Of a stretch of 64,000 nucleotides of DNA, positions 1 through 12,968 are shown one piece after another. Source of the DNA: Eledone cirrhosa (Eukaryota); assembly GCA_964016885.1 (NCBI GenBank), contig OZ024741.1, forward strand, positions 352,780,001 through 352,844,000, read 5' to 3'. The translations under genes and the position numbers were made by a program. Below the pieces are notes generated by a model. The model had not been told where the DNA came from. It did not search any database and saw nothing but the letters and a program-made list of their open reading frames with translations. The stretch's first letter is position 1; each line of letters starts with the position of its first letter.

Positions 1-40
1 TACAATATAGACACAAACACATATATAGTTTACATAATTT

Positions 41-80
41 ACATAAATCTTTCGTTGCACATCTGCAACATCGTCAGTGG
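41..80 (-). ncRNA. Minimal type I hammerhead ribozyme (PLE-type), weak helix I
   Basis: Minus strand reads CCA-CUGACGA-U-GUUGCA(GAUG)UGCAAC-GAAA-GAUU-UA-UGU: conserved core, 6-bp helix II, near-palindromic helix III (AGAUUU). Confidence 0.7.
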
Positions 81-334
81 TGTTATATTTTTTCCTCCTG
101 TTGTGTTGTATGTCTACGCCATTTTTTATTCAGTCTGTCTATATATTTATTTATTTATTTGCTTGTTTGTTTATTTTATTTTGTCTTCTTTGCGCATGCG
201 TTTGCGTGTGTGTACAGTGTTGTGTGTGCTGTGTGACTAGTGTGTATAGTGTTGTGTCTGCTGGGTGACTAGTGTGTGTTTATGTGCTTGTTGTTATTGT
301 GCTTGTGTATGTATTTATTTATCTTATTTTATTT

Positions 335-823
335 AGAAAGGCCCTAAATAAACATAAACTCAATATTAAGATAGTAGAAAGACCAGGTACCTCCGTAAAA
401 ACACTTATTAGCAAGACATACCCTTTTCAAAGACCCTCATGTATAGATAAGAAATGTATAACCTGTAAAATAAGCCCCCATATTAACTGTAAAACTAGAA
501 ACGTAGTGTATAGCATAAGATATACGGAAGGACAATGTAGAGACAAAAATATAGTGTACATAGGTGAGACAGCTCGTAGTGTAGGGGAACGGATAAATGA
601 ACACTGGCGAGACCTTCAAGATAGTAAAGAATCATCTGTACTCTACCAACATGCTAAAATAGAACACAAGGGTAAATTAGAGAACAGAGAAATAAAAATA
701 GAATCTACACACAGAAAAGACCCAATGTTTAGACAAATTACAGAGGCAATAAACATAAAAGAATTACAACCAAAATTAAATAGAAAATATGAGTGGAACA
801 GCAACATCACAACTTACAATTAA
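335..823 (+). pseudogene. GIY-YIG endonuclease C-terminal part of a Penelope-like retroelement ORF (RT missing)
   Basis: Cys-rich linker SCIDKKCITC...CKTR, then NVVYSIRY...VYIGETARSVGERINEH...HAKIEH...RQITEAINIKELQPKLN. The upstream start at 272 lies in the inverted, non-coding segment. Confidence 0.85.
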
Positions 824-1026
824 GGACAAAATGAAAACACACACACACACATAGAACAAACAACCAGCCAGTAACATGTAAATAAACAAATAAATAAATG
901 AACATAAACACACACAGACACCCGGATGTGGCGCATGCGCAGACTGAGCACAAAACACACACACAGAAACAAAATGGCATAGGACAGAACAAAGGAGAGG
1001 CACAGAAACAAAGAAAGGAATTCCCA

Positions 1027-1067
1027 GTCACTGAAGAGGTCGGAGTGTGTGACGAAAGAACTATGAC
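1027..1067 (+). ncRNA. Minimal type I hammerhead ribozyme in PLE 3' pLTR
   Basis: GUCA-CUGAAGA-G-GUC(GGAGUGUGU)GAC-GAAA-GAAC-UA-UGAC. Helix I is GUCA/UGAC and the cleavage triplet is CUA. Confidence 0.75.
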
Positions 1068-1217
1068 AATATATAAACAACTATCTGGTTGTGGAACCAA
1101 CCAACCAACCAGAAATTTATAAATTTATTATAAATTTATTATAATAATAAATTGAAGTGAAAGCAACTGGTGCATGTGTTTCTTATTGGCAACATGACCC
1201 TCCCAAAGTATAACAAT

Positions 1218-4442
<3,225 letters not shown>

Positions 4443-4683
4443 ATGTAAGTATGCATGTATACGTACATACATATATGTATACAGACGTACAGTAGCATGC
4501 ACATATATATATATATATACATATATATATACATATGCATACAGGTACACATACATATATGCACGTATCAGTTTAGCGGCGCTAACGTCGCTTTGTTCGT
4601 TTGTAAACAAACTGAACAGCCTGAATTTATGCCATACGGTGTTAAGGCAACCACGTCACCTTTTTGTTCAACACTGACACAGG

Positions 4684-4728
4684 AACGATGTACTAGTTTC
4701 AAGCTTGTTAGCTATCATCAGCACCGTT
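4684..4728 (-). ncRNA. Minimal type I hammerhead ribozyme, 466-bp unit copy 1
   Basis: Reverse complement of AACGGUG-CUGAUGA-UAGCU(AACA)AGCUU-GAAA-CUAG-UA-CAUCGUU. Confidence 0.9.
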
Positions 4729-5149
4729 TACCCATCTGCCAGATAGTTGAACGTTCGAAAGTATATACTTTCCTTATGAAAATTAACGGCTGAGCAGCCT
4801 AATTTGCATATTGAGTGAGTTAAATCGGTCAGGCATACCGAAAACGATAAATTGAAACAAAATGAAAACGAAATTTCATTTCTCACTCTTAGTATGGCAC
4901 TTACTTAAATGTAAGTATGCATGTATACGTACATACATATATGTATACAGACGTACAGTAGCATGCACATATATATATATATATACATATATATATACAT
5001 ATGCATACAGGTACACATACATATATGCACGTATCAGTTTAGCGGCGCTAACGTCGCTTTGTTCGTTTGTAAACAAACTGAACAGCCTGAATTTATGCCA
5101 TACGGTGTTAAGGCAACCACGTCACCTTTTTGTTCAACACTGACACAGG

Positions 5150-5194
5150 AACGATGTACTAGTTTCAAGCTTGTTAGCTATCATCAGCACCGTT
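5150..5194 (-). ncRNA. Minimal type I hammerhead ribozyme, 466-bp unit copy 2
   Basis: Identical to 4684-4728, offset by 466. Confidence 0.9.
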
Positions 5195-5615
5195 TACCCA
5201 TCTGCCAGATAGTTGAACGTTCGAAAGTATATACTTTCCTTATGAAAATTAACGGCTGAGCAGCCTAATTTGCATATTGAGTGAGTTAAATCGGTCAGGC
5301 ATACCGAAAACGATAAATTGAAACAAAATGAAAACGAAATTTCATTTCTCACTCTTAGTATGGCACTTACTTAAATGTAAGTATGCATGTATACGTACAT
5401 ACATATATGTATACAGACGTACAGTAGCATGCACATATATATATATATATACATATATATATACATATGCATACAGGTACACATACATATATGCACGTAT
5501 CAGTTTAGCGGCGCTAACGTCGCTTTGTTCGTTTGTAAACAAACTGAACAGCCTGAATTTATGCCATACGGTGTTAAGGCAACCACATCACCTTTTTGTT
5601 CAACACTGACACAGG

Positions 5616-5660
5616 AACGATGTACTAGTTTCAAGCTTGTTAGCTATCATCAGCACCGTT
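5616..5660 (-). ncRNA. Minimal type I hammerhead ribozyme, 466-bp unit copy 3
   Basis: Identical to 4684-4728, offset by 932. Confidence 0.9.
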
Positions 5661-5765
5661 TACCCATCTGCCAGATAGTTGAACGTTCGAAAGTATATAT
5701 TTTCCTTATATTTTCCTTATATTTTCCTTATATTTTCGAACGTTCAACTATCTGGCAGATGGGTA

Positions 5766-5810
5766 AACGGTGCTGATGATAGCTAACAAGCTTGAAACTA
5801 GTACATCGTT
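5766..5810 (+). ncRNA. Minimal type I hammerhead ribozyme, inverted copy 1
   Basis: Helix I AACGGUG/CAUCGUU (7 bp, one G-U), core CUGAUGA and GAAA, helix II AGCU/AGCU closed by U-U, palindromic helix III ACUAGU. Predicted cleavage is after GUA at 5803. Confidence 0.9.
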
Positions 5811-6231
5811 CCTGTGTCAGTGTTGAACAAAAAGGTGACGTGGTTGCCTTAACACCGTATGGCATAAATTCAGGCTGTTCAGTTTGTTTACAAACGAACA
5901 AAGCGACGTTAGCGCCGCTAAACTGATACGTGCATATATGTATGTGTACCTGTATGCATATGTATATATATATGTATATATATATATATATGTGCATGCT
6001 ACTGTACGTCTGTATACATATATGTATGTACGTATACATGCATACTTACATTTAAGTAAGTGCCATACTAAGAGTGAGAAATGAAATTTCGTTTTCATTT
6101 TGTTTCAATTTATCGTTTTCGGTATGCCTGACCGATTTAACTCACTCAATATGCAAATTAGGCTGCTCAGCCGTTAATTTTCATAAGGAAAGTATATACT
6201 TTCGAACGTTCAACTATCTGGCAGATGGGTA

Positions 6232-6276
6232 AACGGTGCTGATGATAGCTAACAAGCTTGAAACTAGTACATCGTT
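6232..6276 (+). ncRNA. Minimal type I hammerhead ribozyme, inverted copy 2
   Basis: Identical to 5766-5810, offset by 466. Confidence 0.9.
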
Positions 6277-6576
6277 CCTGTGTCAGTGTTGAACAAAAAG
6301 GTGACGTGGTTGCCTTAACACCGTATGGCATAAATTCAGGCTGTTCAGTTTGTTTACAAACGAACAAAGCGACGTTAGCGCCGCTAAACTGATACGTGCA
6401 TATATGTATGTGTACCTGTATGCATATGTATATATATATGTATATATATATATATATGTGCATGCTACTGTACGTCTGTATACATATATGTATGTACGTA
6501 TACATGCATACTTACATTTAAGTAAGTGCCATACTAAGAGTGAGAAATGAAATTTCGTTTTCATTTTGTTTCAATT

Positions 6577-6668
<92 letters not shown>

Positions 6669-6669
<1 letters not shown>

Positions 6670-6820
6670 CATCATCATCAACGTTTAACGTCCGTGTTCC
6701 ACGCTTGCATGGGTTTGGACGGGGGTAGTCCCACTTGAGGCAAGAGTGATTTTCTTGCTCGCATAGCACTGTCTGGCAGGTTTTCTACAGTTGGATGCCC
6801 TTCCTAACACCAACCACATT
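6669..6820 (-). mobile_element. Short RTE 3'-end fragment with (TGA)n tail
   Basis: Matches the 3' end of the RTE at 41360-41515 (catcatcatc..cgtttaacgtcc..ttccacgcttgcatggg..ggatgcccttcctaacaccaacc). Confidence 0.75.
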
Positions 6821-6859
<39 letters not shown>

Positions 6860-6888
6860 ATATATTTATATATATATATTTATATATA

Positions 6889-6934
<46 letters not shown>

Positions 6935-6991
6935 AATATATATATATAAATATATATATTTATATATATATTTATATATATATATTTATAT

Positions 6992-9494
6992 ATCATCATC
7001 ACCGTTTTACGTCCGTTCTTCCACGCTAGCATGGGTTAGAGGGGTTGTCCTGTTGTGGGCAGTGTCTGGTCGGCTGACCATGCCTTGCTCATACAGGAAC
7101 TGATCTGGCTTGATTTCTACAGCTGGATGCCCTTCCTAACACCAACCTCATTTACAGTGAGTGCTGGGTGCTTTTTCGTGGCGCCTACACGTCCACTTTA
7201 CAGTGTGGGCTGGGTGCTTTTTTGCCGTGGCACCTCCACGACCACCTTACGGTGGGGGGGGGAGGGGCATATTGTTTATATGCTTCAGCATGTACCCATG
7301 GGAGGTCGGGTACCCTGTATTACTGCGTGACGCCAGAAGTCACGGTCGTGTGTCATTGACTGTGAGAGGTGTAGTTGGGTAAGGTCGGCTTTTATCACCT
7401 CATCCCAAGTCATCTTGGGTCTCCCCACTCCGCGGTTTCCATCAACTACTAGTGCTCTGCACCTTTTTATGCAGCTGTTATCCTTCATACGCATCACATG
7501 TCCATACCAGCGTAACCGCCTCTCCTGCACGCAGCATTTGATTCCTCTTATGCTCAGTCTCTCTCTCAATTCCTTTATGCTTTGTCGTTCACGTATATTA
7601 CTGTTACACATCCATCGGAGCATGCAGGCTTCGTTTCTCTCTAATCTACGTAAGTCTTCCACCTTCAGCGCCCAGGTCTCACTACCATGCAACATCGCTG
7701 TTCGGATACACGCATCATACAGTCTGCCTTTCATTCTGAGGGAGAAGCCTTTTGCAGCTAGCAGTGGTAGTAGTTCCCTAAACTTCTTCCATCCCGTTCT
7801 TACCCTAGTTATTGTACTTTCTGAGCACCCACCTCCGTTGCTAATTCGGACACCTAGGTAGCAGAAGCTGTCTACTGTTTCTACAGGGCCCTCCCAGAGA
7901 TTGGTGGTACTTGTTTCCTGTGGTTGTTTGCTTGCTGTTTCAGCACAGCTGCTGCATGTGAATCCTACATTCTTAATTAAGCTTCCTGAGATCCCGCTAC
8001 ATCTCTTGTGTACCCATTGTTTGCATTTGGGGCAGAGAATGGAGTTCCTACCTACACCTTTCCTACATACTGAGCAAGGCCATTTCCCTGAGGGGATCTG
8101 GGTTCTGTTTTCTCGTCTACTTATAAGGACCTTAGTCTTTGTCATGTTGACTTTGAGGCCCTTTCTCTCTAGTCCCTGCTTCCAGGTTTGGAATTTATTC
8201 TCTAGTTCTACCATAGATTCAGCTATGAGTGCGAGGTCATCAGCATACAGGAGTTCCCATGGGCATCCGGTCTTAAACTCCTCCGTTATTGCCTGCAGGA
8301 CTATGATGAACAGGAGAGGGCTAAGAACAGAGCCCTGGTGGACCCCAACCTGTACGCTAAATTCCTCGCTATACTCATTGCCAATCCTAACCTTGCTGAC
8401 TGCTCCCCTATACATGGCTTGTACCGCTTTCACAAGCCATTCATCTACTCCTAGTTTTCTAAGAGCCCACCAGATTACTGCACGTGGAACTCTGTCAAAG
8501 GCTTTCTCAAGGTCGACAAATGCCAAGTAGAGTGGCTTACTTTTAGCTAGGTACTTTTCCTGTAATTGCCTCACAAGGAAGAGGGCATCAGTGGTGCCTT
8601 TCCCTGGTACAAACCCAAATTGCATCTCGTCTATATTCACCCGGTCCCTAATCAGCTGTGCTATAACTCTTTCTGTTACTTTCATGACCTGGTCCATCAA
8701 CTTTATACCTCTATAGTTTCCTCTATCTAGTGCATCGCCTTTACCTTTGTAGCAGTTGACAATGATGCTACTGCACCAATCTTTTGGTATGGCCCCCTCT
8801 AGTATTACCTGGTTAACGATACGTGTGGTTATAGTGTGACCTACAGACCCAGATGCCTTCAGCATCTCGGCAGCTATACCCGATGGACCGGTTGCCTTCC
8901 CTATCTTCATATCTCTGATTGCCTTACTTACTACGCTGCCGCTGACTTGTACTGCTGGTCCCTCTATAGGGTCTACGTGGGGTAGGGTCTCTTCTTCCCA
9001 TGCATTCTCCTCATTTAGTAATCTATCATAATGACTCTTCCATGCATCTTTCTTCTCAGCACTTGTGAGGGCAAGCTCACCTTTATCATTCCGGATACAC
9101 TTCTCTCCAATGACATCACAACTATCTCTGACACACTGCCTCGCAATCTTGAATACCTCCTGTTTCTGGTCCTCACGTTGTAAAACATGCTTGAATTTTC
9201 TATCCTCTGCTTCCCTCGTAGCTAAGTATACTTGTCGCCTAGCTTCCCTCTTGGTCTCTATGTAATGTACCCTGCTCCCCCCGTTCTTCCATTCTTTCCA
9301 TGCCTGTCTCTTGGCCTTGACTGCTTCATCTACCTTATTGTTCCACCACCAAGTCACTCTCCTCCTGCTTGAGGTCTTACTCCAGCCACAAACCTCATCC
9401 GTCGCCTCTAGTAAGTTATTTTTTAGGAACTCCCAGTTCTCTTCTACGTTAAATGTCTCTATCTGTTCTTCTTTACTGTCTGTTCTTCTTTACT
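6992..9494 (-). mobile_element. 5'-truncated RTE-clade LINE, young copy, inserted in (TA)n
   Basis: Uninterrupted RT ORF, 3' UTR and (TGA)n tail at ~6992-7000. The endonuclease domain is missing. Confidence 0.92.
7285..9357 (-). CDS. RTE LINE ORF2 fragment: reverse transcriptase plus C4-H-C3 (PHD-like) finger and RTE C-terminus
   Basis: RT motifs [52 protein letters not shown] and the C-terminal [15 protein letters not shown]. The reading frame has no natural 5' start. Confidence 0.88.
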   Translation of the reverse strand: MTWWWNNKVDEAVKAKRQAWKEWKNGGSRVHYIETKREARRQVYLATREAEDRKFKHVLQREDQKQEVFKIARQCVRDSCDVIGEKCIRNDKGELALTSAEKKDAWKSHYDRLLNEENAWEEETLPHVDPIEGPAVQVSGSVVSKAIRDMKIGKATGPSGIAAEMLKASGSVGHTITTRIVNQVILEGAIPKDWCSSIIVNCYKGKGDALDRGNYRGIKLMDQVMKVTERVIAQLIRDRVNIDEMQFGFVPGKGTTDALFLVRQLQEKYLAKSKPLYLAFVDLEKAFDRVPRAVIWWALRKLGVDEWLVKAVQAMYRGAVSKVRIGNEYSEEFSVQVGVHQGSVLSPLLFIIVLQAITEEFKTGCPWELLYADDLALIAESMVELENKFQTWKQGLERKGLKVNMTKTKVLISRRENRTQIPSGKWPCSVCRKGVGRNSILCPKCKQWVHKRCSGISGSLIKNVGFTCSSCAETASKQPQETSTTNLWEGPVETVDSFCYLGVRISNGGGCSESTITRVRTGWKKFRELLPLLAAKGFSLRMKGRLYDACIRTAMLHGSETWALKVEDLRRLERNEACMLRWMCNSNIRERQSIKELRERLSIRGIKCCVQERRLRWYGHVMRMKDNSCIKRCRALVVDGNRGVGRPKMTWDEVIKADLTQLHLSQSMTHDRDFWRHAVIQGTRPPMGTC

Positions 9495-10115
9495 TATATA
9501 TATATTTATATATATATTTATATATATATTTATATATATATTTATATATATATTTATATATATATTTATATATATATTTATATATATATTTATATATATA
9601 TTTATATATATATTTATATATTTATATATATATTTATATATATATTTATATATTTATATATATATTTATATATATATTTATATATATATTTATATATATA
9701 TTTATATATTTATGTATATATTTATGTATATATTTATATATATATTTATATATATATTTATATATATATGTATATATTTATATATATATTTATATATATA
9801 TTTATATATATATTTATATATATATTTTTATATATATATTTATATATTTATATATTTATATATTTATATATTTATATATATATTTATATATATAATATAT
9901 ATATTTATATATATAATATATATTTATATATATAATATATATATTTATATATATATATATATTTATATATTTATATATATATTTATATATTTATATATAT
10001 ATTTATATATATATTTATATATTTATATATATATTTATATATACATTATGAAGAGAGAAGAAACATTTAGATATAATTAGTAATAAAATGTATCATACCT
10101 AAACTGCTCCTAAAT

Positions 10116-10203
10116 TCCTCGACTACGTAGTTTCGTGGCATAAACAAAAACAATATATCAAAGATATAGAGTCCTTGCGAGGTCTGCCGACTTATCAAGA
10201 GGA
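10116..10203 (-). ncRNA. Type I hammerhead, U3-A8 variant with expanded helix II
   Basis: UCCUC-UUGAUAA-GUCGGCA...UGCCAC-GAAA-CUACGUAG-UC-GAGGA. Helix III is the perfect palindrome ACUACGUAGU and the cleavage triplet is GUC. Confidence 0.85.
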
Positions 10204-11109
10204 TACCTCATTTTACTAGTCTCAAGAACGCGTCTACACGACGTGAGAAAGAATCCCAAAAGGCGGAGGGGGAGATAGTCACGCGATATAACGGTCGAGA
10301 AACAGAGCTAAGCCTCTTATAACCCCGAAGAAAATACCACGGAGGCGGAGGGGGTATTTATATCGAGGCCGTAGAAGAGGTGGTGAAGAAGGCGAGAAGT
10401 ATGAGTAATGGAAGCTTTCCAGCTGTCCCCACACTTCAAAGGTTGCTCGACCAGAGGGAGTTATTAACAATATATTTAGAAACACACAGATACATGCGGA
10501 CACACACACATATATACATGAATGCATCCGCACCCAACTGTGAGTTAAGGGTGCCAACTTCACCGATGTTGCTCAATGAATGACTGGGACAGACCAATTC
10601 AGTTGAACTAGACTGAACCAGTATCAGAGTTAAAAATACATTATGAAGAGAGAAGAAACAGATATAATTAGACATTTAGATATAATTAGTAATAAAATGT
10701 ATCATACCTAAACTGCTCCTAAATTCCTCGACTACGTAGTTTCGTGGCATAAACAAAAACAATTTAGGAGCAGTTTAGGTATGATACATTTTATTACTAA
10801 TTATATCTAAATGTTTCTTCTCTCTTCATAATGTATTTTTAACTCTGATACTGGTTCAGTCTAGTTCAACTGAATTGGTCTGTCCCAGTCATTCATTGAG
10901 CAACATCGGTGAAGTTGGCACCCTTAACTCACAGTTGGGTGCGGATGCATTCATGTATATATGTGTGTGTGTCCGCATGTATCTGTGTGTTTCTAAATAT
11001 ATTGTTAATAACTCCCTCTGGTCGAGCAACCTTTGAAGTGTGGGGACAGCTGGAAAGCTTCCATTACTCATACTTCTCGCCTTCTTCACCACCTCTTCTA
11101 CGGCCTCGA

Positions 11110-11117
11110 TATAAATA
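11110..11117 (+). promoter_or_regulatory. Candidate TATA box of the 595-bp unit
   Basis: TATAAATA in a GC-richer context, ~150 bp upstream of the sense HHR. Function is inferred only. Confidence 0.35.
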
Positions 11118-11268
11118 CCCCCTCCGCCTCCGTGGTATTTTCTTCGGGGTTATAAGAGGCTTAGCTCTGTTTCTCGACCGTTATATCGCGTGACTATCTC
11201 CCCCTCCGCCTTTTGGGATTCTTTCTCACGTCGTGTAGACGCGTTCTTGAGACTAGTAAAATGAGGTA

Positions 11269-11356
11269 TCCTCTTGATAAGTCGGCAGACCTCGCAAGGA
11301 CTCTATATCTTTGATATATTGTTTTTGTTTATGCCACGAAACTATGTAGTCGAGGA
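11269..11356 (+). ncRNA. Type I hammerhead, U3-A8 variant with expanded helix II (inverted copy)
   Basis: Same as 10116-10203 except a C>T change in helix III (ACTATGTAGT). Confidence 0.82.
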
Positions 11357-11655
11357 ATTTAGGAGCAGTTTAGGTATGATACATTTTATTACTAATTATA
11401 TCTAAATGTTTCTTCTCTCTTCATAATGTATTTTTAACTCTGATACTGGTTCAGTCTAGTTCAACTGAATTGGTCTGTCCCAGTCATTCATTGAGCAACA
11501 TCGGTGAAGTTGGCACCCTTAACTCACAGTTGGGTGCGGATGCATTCATGTATATATGTGTGTGTGTCCGCATGTATCTGTGTGTTTCTAAATATATTAT
11601 ATTTATATATATATATTTATATTTATATATATTTATATTTATATATATTTATATT

Positions 11656-11712
<57 letters not shown>

Positions 11713-11713
11713 T

Positions 11714-11750
<37 letters not shown>

Positions 11751-11751
11751 T

Positions 11752-11782
<31 letters not shown>

Positions 11783-11825
11783 TTATATATATATTTATAT
11801 ATATTTTTATATATATATTTATATA

Positions 11826-11863
<38 letters not shown>

Positions 11864-12399
11864 TAAATTTCTTTAAGTCGTTTGGAAGCCTCGACAATGC
11901 AAATGGGTAAATCTCCGGGTAACAAGATCCGATGGTGGAGAGAGAGATGTAAGTGGGTGTACGTGGAGATGCGTGGCGTGTTTAAGACGTGTAGAGGAAT
12001 GAAGGAAAGTGCATAAAGGATAAAATAAAAATAACAACACGAGAGAGAGTTACCTTGTCCCTATATATTTCGGATTCACATCCATCAACTGGGGGTTTTG
12101 ATTTATATATATATTTATATATATATATATATTTATATATATTTATATATATATATTTATATATCATCATCATCATCGTTTAACGTCCATATTCCACGCT
12201 TGCATGGGTTTGGATGGGGGTTTTCCCACTTATATCATCATTTCATTTTATGTCCACTTTTTCCCTGCTTGCAAGGGTGGGACGGTAACTGATTCTGGTT
12301 TGATTTCTACAGCTGGATGCCCTTCCTAACACCAACCTCATTTACAGTGAGTGCTGGGTGCATTTTTTGCACCCCCACGACCACTTTGCAGTGGAATGA

Positions 12400-12565
12400 T
12401 AGGGACCCCAGTCCCTATCATCTCATTTTTACAGCTGAGTAAACTGGAGCAATGTGAAATAAAGTGTCTTGCTCAAGGAAACAACACATCACCCAGTCTG
12501 AGAATTGAACTCACAACCTTTCGATTGCAAGGCCAATGCTCTAACCACTAAGCCATGTGCCTCCA
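12400..12565 (-). mobile_element. tRNA-derived CORE-type SINE
   Basis: Minus strand has A-box TGGCTTAGTGG, B-box GTTCAATTC and core CTTGAGCAAGACACTT..CTCAGCTGTAAAAATGAG. Related copies lie at ~15820-16120 (+), ~48350-48450 (+) and ~62840-62985 (+). Confidence 0.7.
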
Positions 12566-12608
12566 ATATTTATATATATTTATATATATATTTATATATA
12601 TATATATT

Positions 12609-12641
<33 letters not shown>

Positions 12642-12746
12642 TTATATATATATATATATATAAAAAATATGGTGTTTCAAAACATACTTACTTGTCATCA
12701 TACTTGCTAAGAATGTAGTTTCTAATTTGAATGGAAGGAGATGGGT

Positions 12747-12817
12747 GATGTGTTGGTATAATGGTAGCACAGTGGTCTGGATAACCAAAGATGTGGGTTC
12801 GACTTCCATGTACGTCA
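12747..12817 (+). pseudogene. tRNA-like cloverleaf (pseudo-tRNA, GGA at anticodon position)
   Basis: Acceptor GATGTGT/GTACGTC (several G-U pairs), A-box TGGTATAATGGT, anticodon arm TGGT-CTGGATA-ACCA, T arm GTGGG-TTCGACT-TCCAT. Confidence 0.55.
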
Positions 12818-12935
12818 ATACTCATCTTTTTCCATTTCTCTGAGGGTTCTAAACCCCACTATCAGGCTAAAATTTCTTTAGTCAAAAAATACGGTGAAAG
12901 CTTCCATTTTCTAATTATATATATATATATGTATT

Positions 12936-12968
<33 letters not shown>

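Larger units (their letters stand above)
1..1217 (+). mobile_element. 5'-truncated Penelope-like element (PLE) fragment: inverted pLTR-like segment (1-~335), GIY-YIG endonuclease remnant, 3' pLTR with hammerhead, ending in (TA)n
   Basis: GIY-YIG ORF followed by an HHR (1027-1067) and AATAAA (~1146). The left segment carries a related HHR on the minus strand, and both segments contain the GCGCATGCG motif. Confidence 0.85.
4443..6578. mobile_element. 466-bp tandem/fold-back array with one hammerhead per unit (retrozyme-like or non-autonomous PLE)
   Basis: Direct copies start at 4443, 4909 and 5375 (period 466). A junction of about (ATATTTTCCTT)x3 lies at ~5696-5735, followed by ~1.8 inverted copies to 6578. 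Copies are near-identical, lack a credible ORF and are flanked by (TA)n. Confidence 0.9.
10041..11596. mobile_element. 595-bp tandem/fold-back array with variant hammerhead (retrozyme-like or solo pLTR array)
   Basis: About 1.2 direct copies (10041, 10636; period 595), an inversion junction at AAT 10761-10763, then ~1.4 inverted copies (10806 vs 11401, period 595). Flanked by (TA)n on both sides. Confidence 0.9.

Noticed and set aside
4455-6564. Repeated 93-129 aa ORFs within the 466-bp array
   Set aside because: They begin in microsatellite-like sequence, have no recognisable domain, and recur only because the DNA is repeated.
7415-8530. Plus-strand ORFs antisense to the RTE ORF
   Set aside because: Shadow frames of the RT coding strand.
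4443-11596. CRISPR-like interpretation of the tandem repeats
   Set aside because: Eukaryotic context, units of 466 and 595 bp, no unique spacers and no cas genes.
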